The notes under the pieces: generated by a model | What the model was told of the DNA's origin: nothing | Databases searched by the model: none | What the model saw: the letters and a program-made list of their open reading frames with translations, nothing else | Virus record (IMG/VR): IMGVR_UViG_3300045988_159607 | DNA: 64,000 nt | Source of the DNA: a virus | Reading direction: 5' to 3' (one strand) | Program-made: the position numbers and the translations under genes | Shown here: positions 57,676 to 64,000 of the stretch, piece after piece | Layout: every line of letters begins with the position of its first letter | How positions within the stretch are numbered: the stretch's first letter is position 1

Positions 57676-58047
57676 AATCACAGGATTCTTCCTACTTCCG
57701 AGTAGTATCTATAGACACATTTGTAGCGATAGAATAGGTGTTGTTTCTTCTGATGAGAGCAAATCCTCCTATTTTAACAGGTGGCAACACTTTTGTTGTC
57801 TATTTGTAAAGGTATATTCTTACATTTTTAAAAAGGTAATTAACATTTGGGTAAAATGATACTAATTTTGAGGTAGGAAGACTTATTGTATATTTTTTAA
57901 ATGAGCATTAAAAATCGGTTTTTGGTAGTTTTTGAAGATAATATATTAAATATCAACAATTTATAAATTTTCATTCTTTGAGTGCGCCCTATATGCGAAA
58001 AAGTTTTACTTATTGTATTTTTTTGAATGAAAAATAGGCTTTGTTTG

Positions 58048-58112
58048 CCATAGTATAGTATTACATTTTCATGAAAAATGATTTTAACATTTCAAGTAAT
58101 ACTATACTATGG
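58048..58112 (-). terminator. 17-bp perfect-stem hairpin, 8 nt after the antirepressor-remnant stop
   Basis: CCATAGTATAGTATTAC-31 nt-GTAATACTATACTATGG. On the minus strand it is followed by a partly T-rich stretch. Confidence 0.5.
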
Positions 58113-58120
58113 GAAGATCG

Positions 58121-58375
58121 CTACATCTTGGAATAGTACTCCAGAAACTTGTTCAAGATATGCAGTTGTCCTGCCGGAGTTACCATAGGTGTCGATACGG
58201 TTATCGTACTTCCGTTTGGTTTCGTTATAACTCTTTTCTTGATCTCAAACAATCCTGATTCTATATAGCGTTGCATAGGCTGATTGTAATATTCTCCTTT
58301 TGTTCCCAGATAACCTTTCTTTCTTAACCACTTGAAGGTGATTATATACCACTTTACACCAAAATCGTAAAGTAA
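58121..58375 (-). pseudogene. C-terminal remnant of a phage antirepressor (KilAC/ANT-like domain) with no start codon
   Basis: Hand translation LLYDFGVKWYIITFKWLRKKGYLGTKGEYYNQPMQRYIESGLFEIKKRVITKPNGSTITVSTPMVTPAGQLHILNKFLEYYSKM*. It fits the pattern WL...G.l....N.P.Q.yi..GlFe.k......nG......t..vT..G. The frame is closed by a TAG inside the tnpB 3' end and has no upstream Met. Confidence 0.55.
58334..58361. repeat. inverted repeat, left arm, flanking solo tnpB
   Basis: GAAGGTGATTATATACCACTTTACACCA. 27 of 28 positions are complementary to 59659..59686. Confidence 0.85.
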
Positions 58376-58382
58376 TACATAT

Positions 58383-59606
58383 TTATACGGAAATCCGTAC
58401 CGGGTTCCACCAAAACCCTCTACTTTCTGGTAACATCGTTACATCAAAGGATTCTTTTTCTGATTTACGGATGATGTTAAAAGCTCCGTTTATATCAGCG
58501 TTGATTATCTTACCGGAAGAAGTTTTAAACAATCCTCGTTTGATTCTTCTTCCTTTATAGGATTCATGTTTACAAATCTTCTCATTATCCAAGAAACTAC
58601 ATTTAGAAGTATAAGATTCTTCAACAATCTTAACATTAATTCCTTCTAATGTTGCTTTATACGATATCATAGAGATAAACACATTGAAAGGAATAGACAC
58701 AAAGTTTTGATTATTACGTTTTCCGATATTGATCTCTTGTTTCCAGCATTTGTTATGACCGATTATGATCGTATTAATACCATTGGAAACTACATGATTA
58801 ATCAATATCCTACTTGCCTTATGAAGATAATCTTTGATCTTGTTGTTCCTTTTATTGGTTAATGACCTGATTTGTTTTGAAATCTGTTTATTGCCTTTTA
58901 ATTTAGATTTTAAGTATGATAATCTTTTATTATAATACTGGTTGATAGACTTCAAAGGTCTACCATTGATGATAAAACAAGAACCGTTGTTTGAAACACA
59001 GGAAGCTAAATTATCTAATCCTATATCAATACCAAGATAAGATTCATTATCTGACATAAGATCTTTTTCCTTCTTGTTGTAAATTATTTCAAGAACAATA
59101 TACCCATTCTTAGGAATGAATCTAAGTTGTTGAATATTTTGTTTATTGGTTCTTGTTGTAAAGGAAAACTGTTTTGGCAACTTAACAATGCCTTGCTTTA
59201 TCCATTTTTGAGAAAAAGCTGCGGTCGTAAAAACAGCAGTAAACAAACCGTCTTTGTTTAGATACCCAGGTATTCTAACAAATTCGGAATACTCACCTCT
59301 ATTCTTTTTATTAAGGAGATTAAAGAACGATTTAAAGTTTCTATCTACCATCATCAACACTTGTTGAGCAACTGGTGTTGGTAAAGCACGATAGTCAACA
59401 TCATTTTCTGTTTTCAACACTCTTTCGAGAGAATAATAGTTGAGGTATTTATACTTTACAGTATTATCATCTTTGTATTGAAAGTAGTGTTGTCTAACAA
59501 CATACAACCCTTTATTGTATAAGTTTTTGCACTTATGCAATAGGTCTTGAAGCTCATTGTAATATATTGAACTTTGTTTGATCGTATGTTGTTCGACTAA
59601 TCTCAT
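58383..59606 (-). CDS. tnpB: solo TnpB (OrfB) RuvC-like RNA-guided nuclease
   Basis: RuvC-I LGIDIGLDNLAS, RuvC-II VEESYTSKCS, RuvC-III NADINGAFNI. Start taken at MRLVEQ (compare MRLVYK in the other copy). A TATATTTG box lies 4 nt upstream. Confidence 0.8.
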   Translation of the reverse strand: MRLVEQHTIKQSSIYYNELQDLLHKCKNLYNKGLYVVRQHYFQYKDDNTVKYKYLNYYSLERVLKTENDVDYRALPTPVAQQVLMMVDRNFKSFFNLLNKKNRGEYSEFVRIPGYLNKDGLFTAVFTTAAFSQKWIKQGIVKLPKQFSFTTRTNKQNIQQLRFIPKNGYIVLEIIYNKKEKDLMSDNESYLGIDIGLDNLASCVSNNGSCFIINGRPLKSINQYYNKRLSYLKSKLKGNKQISKQIRSLTNKRNNKIKDYLHKASRILINHVVSNGINTIIIGHNKCWKQEINIGKRNNQNFVSIPFNVFISMISYKATLEGINVKIVEESYTSKCSFLDNEKICKHESYKGRRIKRGLFKTSSGKIINADINGAFNIIRKSEKESFDVTMLPESRGFWWNPVRISV

Positions 59607-59658
59607 GGCACAAATATAGAAATTATTATTTATAAATAAAAACAATTCGGTATATTTG

Positions 59659-59686
59659 TGGTGTAAAGTTGTATATAATCACCTTC
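59659..59686. repeat. inverted repeat, right arm, flanking solo tnpB
   Basis: TGGTGTAAAGTTGTATATAATCACCTTC. Confidence 0.85.
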
Positions 59687-59993
59687 GTTCATAACTTTAA
59701 ATATTTGATTTCGAGCAAAAGAAAACGGCTTTGCCCTTCCCGTTGCAATCAAATAAAGTAGAATAATCTTACTGTATTGGAAGATACAAAGCCGTTGAAA
59801 TATAGTTTAAGCATTGGTTATCAGAACAATACTCATTACTACAGTAAAACTACTCATTTTTATTTGATTGCATTACAAATATAGCAACAAATCTTTAATC
59901 ATAAAATGGATTATCTTACCGTATTATAATTTCATTTTTGTTGGAATTTAAGCATAAACATGGATTATATTACTTTTACTGACACACTCATAT

Positions 59994-60738
59994 TCATACT
60001 CCTTTAAATACAAATAGTTTCTCTGTTGGTTTGTATGTATTCTTTATAGACATGGCATTTGTAATTTGTTTCTCCCATATACATTCAAAGTCTTCGGGAG
60101 CACTATATTCGCTTACAAATACTTTAGCTTTTCTTGAAACTTTCCTTACCCACATCCAAAAACTATCATGATCAAAGTTTTTACTTGTTGAATATTGCTT
60201 TGTTCCCTTGTATGGCGGATCACAATAAACTATAGAATTTTCAGGTACATCAATATTTCTAAAATCCAAGCATGTAAATTTCACTCCTTGTATTTTAGGG
60301 ATGGTTTTGATTGTATTATTGATGTTTTCTTTAATATAGTCCCTTCCTTTTACATCGTGCCCTGAATAACCTCCGTCAAAAAATCTTCCATTAAAAGAAC
60401 CCATAAACCCGACCCATCCTATTAGAGCTGAATGTCTCATATCACAAATACCCCTTTCCTTTTTCTATTTTGTGATAATCTTCTCTTATTTCTTTATAGA
60501 AATTTCTTGTTATTTTAAATGGCAGGCTGTCAGTTCCATTCTTTTGAAGTTCTATAAACATATTAATCAAATATCTGTTTTTGTCGTTCGCTATCCTTTT
60601 ATACGATGCAGGTATTTCTTCTACGATAGAACAACTCCCGCAAAAGGCATCTATAAACGTTTCGTTGCCTTTTGATCCTTTTAGCAGGATGGGGATTATT
60701 TCGTTCCTTATCCTGCTTTTATTCCCCATATATTTCAT
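59994..60738 (-). pseudogene. Dam-like (D12-class) N6-adenine DNA methyltransferase split into two ORFs by a 1-nt frame change
   Basis: N-terminal half MKYMGNKSRI...FIDAFCGSCSIV (motif I) ends at a TGA at 60442-60444. The C-terminal half (GFMGSFNGRFF..., CDPPYKGT) starts 1 nt out of frame at 60440. Confidence 0.75.
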
Positions 60739-61478
60739 TTTTCTGGATTTTCAGCAGTTTCTAAAAGATATTCATTGCCCTCAAAAGGAATGCAACAGTT
60801 CCATATTATTCCATTGGAACATTCATACCTATAAGACAATCCATCAGAATAGTCCACAATTTCCCTTGCAAACAAACTGATATTCCATTTTTTATTTCCT
60901 TCTTTTCTTACCAACACTTTGTCAAACGGCTTAAACCCATATTTCGGCTTTTCTTCAATCCCGAAGAAGCGTTTCAAATATTCTTTTGCTTTTGGCTCCT
61001 TGCTTGCCTTTAATGCGTCAACCAACTTTTGTCTTTCGGACTCAGTGGCAAGAGTAAAGCGTTCTATGTTATTCTTGTTGGCTGCATCTATATCGCCATC
61101 TCCTATATAAAGGATTCCTTGAAAATTAATATACGCATACAAAGATGTAGAGTATCTCCCATATCCGCTTAGAATAAAGGCAAAATTTCCTTCTTCGTTG
61201 CTTAACACATCTCCATCTTTAAATGTAATATATTCTGGAACTTCAAGAAGGAGGCGATTTTCGCTGCTAAGTGCTTTTCCTGTAGCACAAAACCAATCCG
61301 CTGATACAGTAATCGAATGAATTACAACCAATAACGGATAATTTGACAAATTATCTTCATATACGATTTCTGCCCTATCTCGTCCTTTCTCTGTCACAAT
61401 CCGACCTGATATTTTCCCTTCTCTTATTCTCTTCGCCGTTTCTAAATCAAACGGTATTGTTACCATTTTATGCTCCAT
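60735..61478 (-). CDS. hypothetical protein
   Basis: 247-aa ORF. Its stop overlaps the next start. Confidence 0.55.
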   Translation of the reverse strand: MEHKMVTIPFDLETAKRIREGKISGRIVTEKGRDRAEIVYEDNLSNYPLLVVIHSITVSADWFCATGKALSSENRLLLEVPEYITFKDGDVLSNEEGNFAFILSGYGRYSTSLYAYINFQGILYIGDGDIDAANKNNIERFTLATESERQKLVDALKASKEPKAKEYLKRFFGIEEKPKYGFKPFDKVLVRKEGNKKWNISLFAREIVDYSDGLSYRYECSNGIIWNCCIPFEGNEYLLETAENPEK

Positions 61479-61529
61479 AATCTTATCTATTTATTTTTCT
61501 TTTCGCTTTCCATATTGTTTCTGCTGTTT

Positions 61530-61796
61530 TTAAGGTAATAGATCATCTAAATAAGCCCATGATTCCATTTCATAAAATCTGTATAAAATACATCCTGGAC
61601 GGCTGGATACAAAAATTTTGTTCTCTTCCAACATACCCATAACAGGAAGGCGTTTCGTCATCCCCACCTTTTTAGGGATAAATATGACAAGACGATAGCA
61701 TTCTGGAATTACTGTTATGGGGTGCCACACGCTGCCTATGCGCCATTCTGCACCAGCTTTAAAAAGAGGAACAGCAAATTCTATATCTTGTTTCAT
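61530..61796 (-). CDS. hypothetical protein
   Basis: 88-aa ORF. Confidence 0.45.
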   Translation of the reverse strand: MKQDIEFAVPLFKAGAEWRIGSVWHPITVIPECYRLVIFIPKKVGMTKRLPVMGMLEENKIFVSSRPGCILYRFYEMESWAYLDDLLP

Positions 61797-61837
61797 GTCT
61801 TATTATTTAATTAATTTAAATATTTTTAGTTTTGAAA

Positions 61838-62083
61838 TTATTTAATATGCTTATCGGCTGGATTGATTATCAATCCATCGTCACATGAAGGGAATGATAT
61901 GTTAGATTCTCCATTATCAAGATTAGTCAGTTTAACCGTTCCAGCATATTCATCATCCACAAAAAACAATTGACCCGAAGAAACCACAAACCTGCATTGA
62001 TATGCATTCATCATTGCTCCAAGTTGTCTAATCTTAGTTTTAATCTCTAAAAGTTGAGCGTTGTTGATTATATTCTTATTCAT
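61838..62083 (-). CDS. hypothetical protein
   Basis: 81-aa ORF. Confidence 0.45.
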   Translation of the reverse strand: MNKNIINNAQLLEIKTKIRQLGAMMNAYQCRFVVSSGQLFFVDDEYAGTVKLTNLDNGESNISFPSCDDGLIINPADKHIK

Positions 62084-62215
62084 ATTTTATTAAAGTTTAT
62101 CTATTATTTTGTCATCCATTTCCTACCATTCCTTAGAGGGGTTAGGGACAATATTTCCGTTTTTGTCATATGAAAACATGCAATTCGTTTCCAGTTGATA
62201 CTTAATAACAGGCAC

Positions 62216-62482
62216 TTATTCTACTATTTTATAACTCAAACATCTCTTCAGAACTTTCCTGATTTGACTCACCAGATCAGAAAATGATGTGCTATTGAAA
62301 TATCCTTCGTTACCTAATCTGTTTGTAGGTAATTTGATCCCATAAGAACGAATCTTATCCACATCTTCTTTTGATAAAGTAGTGGTAAGCACTCCTTTTT
62401 GGGTGATATTCACTTTAACAGTTACAGATAAACTGTTATTAGCATTCTTTTCCGTTATATTCAGTGTCGTTAATGCTGTCAT
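62216..62482 (-). CDS. hypothetical protein
   Basis: 88-aa ORF. Confidence 0.45.
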   Translation of the reverse strand: MTALTTLNITEKNANNSLSVTVKVNITQKGVLTTTLSKEDVDKIRSYGIKLPTNRLGNEGYFNSTSFSDLVSQIRKVLKRCLSYKIVE

Positions 62483-62500
62483 GATCGGATATTTTTAATG

Positions 62501-63013
62501 TCAATTCGAAAAATCAATTACCGCCCGAACCCTGTAACTGCTGTACTTGTAGTTGTTGCTCGTGCTGCCATTGGAGAAGTTCACGTACCACGCGTAGCCC
62601 TGGCTGTTCTCAGTACTGGACCAATACCACGCCGAGGAGAGGGGAGATGCCGAAACATAAGCGAATGCTTTGTTTAGTTCGTCCATATAATGGGCCATTA
62701 AATTTAATTGACCAAGAGATGGTATATACTCGCCATCTTCCAGCAGATTTCTCAATTTTGGATTTCTGGCTACAAGGCGTTCCGTATTGCCGCGTCCGTC
62801 AATGTCAAACAGCGCATCACATTCACGTTCGTAATATGTCCCACTTCCGGATTCTTCACGGCTATCATCGTCAAGCAATTGTACGCTATCATGCTCCGTC
62901 AGTGAGATTGCAAATGACATGTATCCGTGCTTCAACCCGATGTATCGTACACAATTTTTGGAGTTATCGCCGGTAAACGGCTCTGCGTGTCCGTTTCCGT
63001 AGATTAGATACAA
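62501..63013 (-). CDS. DUF1566 (Lcl C-terminal-like) domain protein
   Basis: SAWYWSSTENSQGYAWYVNFSNGSTSNNYKYSSYRVRAV matches the yWSSt....aw.v.f..G.......yvR.V signature. Confidence 0.55.
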   Translation of the reverse strand: MYLIYGNGHAEPFTGDNSKNCVRYIGLKHGYMSFAISLTEHDSVQLLDDDSREESGSGTYYERECDALFDIDGRGNTERLVARNPKLRNLLEDGEYIPSLGQLNLMAHYMDELNKAFAYVSASPLSSAWYWSSTENSQGYAWYVNFSNGSTSNNYKYSSYRVRAVIDFSN

Positions 63014-63342
63014 ACCATTTTTCTTGATGGTACTCTATTTTCACATACGCATCTTTCATTTTTGGAACTTACAATTATGCTCAATTCATTCAACACATGA
63101 TCTTTTATAACCTCCTTACATATTCTTCTTACAAAATCATAATCTCTTTGTTTAAGCTCATCGTTTACCATACATCTGATCCAATGTTCTATCTGATTGT
63201 TTCCTCCGTATGTATTAAGCATACACTGTTTTACAAGTTTTTCCAATAATGGTTCTATGCTTTTGATTATGTCTTCTTTGGTAAGGTGAAGTTCATTTAG
63301 TATGTAGTTCCTTACCGCCTTGTATTCTTTACTTGCGCTCAT
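63004..63342 (-). CDS. hypothetical protein
   Basis: 112-aa ORF. Confidence 0.45.
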   Translation of the reverse strand: MSASKEYKAVRNYILNELHLTKEDIIKSIEPLLEKLVKQCMLNTYGGNNQIEHWIRCMVNDELKQRDYDFVRRICKEVIKDHVLNELSIIVSSKNERCVCENRVPSRKMVCI

Positions 63343-63373
63343 AATGTTTTATTATTTTTGAATGGTATATCGT

Positions 63374-63874
63374 TCACACTTTCTCTTCATATTGTTTATG
63401 GTGAACCTTCTCTCTGTCAGTGTAGTAATCTCTTTCAATCAAGTCCATAAGTTCAGACATGCTTTCAGAATTATCGTCAGATGATTTTCCTTTGAAGAAA
63501 TATCTCATATAGTCTGACAATTGATTGGCGGCATTACGAAAATTCCTTTCCTTTTCCTTCCATTCATCAGTAGGAACAAACCCTCTTTCCTTGAAATGAA
63601 CCATGTACAGATCAAGATAATAAACAGATAAGTCCGCCATATTAAGTGATAAGTTAAGTGTTTTCGCAGCCCAGGAAACAAGAGATTTTTCCATGTTCTG
63701 TTCCTGGTAATAGAACTTGTCCTTTGATTTTATATAGTCCATTTCTTCCTGGAGCTTCAATCTTTTCTGGTTCAAATATGTGATTTTAGCCCAATTCCGC
63801 ATGCTTCTCGCTTTACTAATTTCTCTTTGAATTTCTCTTAATTCAATGGAGATTTGTTGTTTTGTCTTTTCCAT
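63374..63874 (-). CDS. hypothetical protein
   Basis: 166-aa ORF. Confidence 0.5.
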   Translation of the reverse strand: MEKTKQQISIELREIQREISKARSMRNWAKITYLNQKRLKLQEEMDYIKSKDKFYYQEQNMEKSLVSWAAKTLNLSLNMADLSVYYLDLYMVHFKERGFVPTDEWKEKERNFRNAANQLSDYMRYFFKGKSSDDNSESMSELMDLIERDYYTDREKVHHKQYEEKV

Positions 63875-63877
63875 AAT

Positions 63878-63997
63878 TTATTCTACATCAAAAAGTTGAT
63901 CCAATACCAATAATTCTGCATTCATATCTTCATCTTTCGGGAAACGAACTTTTATGTTTCCGAACTTAGATGTCTTAAATAAGATGTAGGGATTCAT
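63878..63997 (-). CDS. small or 5'-truncated hypothetical ORF at window edge
   Basis: Hand translation MNPYILFKTSKFGNIKVRFPKDEDMNAELLVLDQLFDVE*. The frame is open to the window end. Its stop lies 3 nt before the next start. Confidence 0.3.
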   Translation of the reverse strand: MNPYILFKTSKFGNIKVRFPKDEDMNAELLVLDQLFDVE

Positions 63998-64000
63998 ATC

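Larger units (their letters stand above)
55904..58047. other. ~2.1-kb ORF-free, structure-rich region (candidate origin, regulatory hub or ncRNA locus)
   Basis: Only three short, low-complexity ORFs in the track. All three stop codons occur in every frame. Dense palindromes, hairpins and paralogous repeats. Confidence 0.6.

Noticed and set aside
57750-57756. CTGATGA, the hammerhead ribozyme core heptamer.
   Set aside because: I found no appropriately placed GAAA or helix II/III pairing around it. A lone 7-mer is expected by chance.
55904-58047. Possibility that the ORF-free island is coding under a reassigned stop codon, as in some gut phages with TAG or TGA recoding.
   Set aside because: TAA, TAG and TGA all occur repeatedly in every frame on both strands. 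The rest of the window, including structural genes, reads cleanly in the standard code.
1-64000. tRNA/tmRNA genes and CRISPR arrays.
   Set aside because: I found no T-loop-like GGTTCGAAT/GTTCAAAT motifs in intergenic DNA and no short regularly spaced repeats. This was an eye scan only, so a tRNAscan or Infernal run could still find something.

Overview
This window looks like a contiguous piece of a large, AT-rich, tailed dsDNA phage genome. No integrase or repressor is visible, so it is probably virulent. The host is likely Bacteroidota: promoter-like TAnnTTTG boxes sit in the intergenic gaps and I see no obvious Shine-Dalgarno sequences. All functional calls rest on motif recognition by eye; no database search was possible.

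Layout:
- 1-10.6 kb (+): tail fibre and adhesin genes, including a 1649-aa protein with repeated beta-sandwich modules and BspA-type leucine-rich repeats.
- 10.6-47.8 kb (+): a long co-oriented block. It holds TerL and a bacterial-style replication and recombination set: DnaQ-like exonuclease, DnaB-like helicase, primase, DnaE-type polymerase, RecA, SbcCD, NAD-dependent ligase, RNase H, and SNF2 and UvrD helicases. It also holds MazG, methyltransferases and lysis-type genes.
- 48.2-55.8 kb and 60-64 kb (-): small-gene ORFan blocks.
- 55.9-58.1 kb: a roughly 2.2 kb stretch with no credible ORF, packed with palindromes, hairpins and repeats.

Main findings:
1. Three inteins each split a catalytic motif of an essential gene. 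TerL carries one in Walker A. DnaE carries one in the SHAAAY motif, with an HNH domain and a penultimate Cys. The SbcC-like ATPase carries one in its P-loop that starts with Ala and matches the class 3 W-C-T signature.
2. A complete IS607-type element (serine recombinase TnpA plus TnpB) sits in the replication module. A second, solo TnpB is bracketed by ~28-31 bp inverted repeats and sits next to a truncated antirepressor (KilAC-like) remnant.
3. The C5 cytosine methyltransferase has its catalytic GGSPC...AG motif displaced into another frame by two compensating frameshifts at homopolymer runs. A Dam-like methyltransferase is split by a one-nucleotide frame change at a homopolymer.
4. A 20-bp palindromic motif (TGTAAGAATA/TATTCTTACA) overlaps the -7 box at the heads of several transcription units.
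5. The ORF-free region contains a perfect 34-bp palindrome and two ~130-bp paralogous units (168-bp spacing) whose enclosing stems covary.
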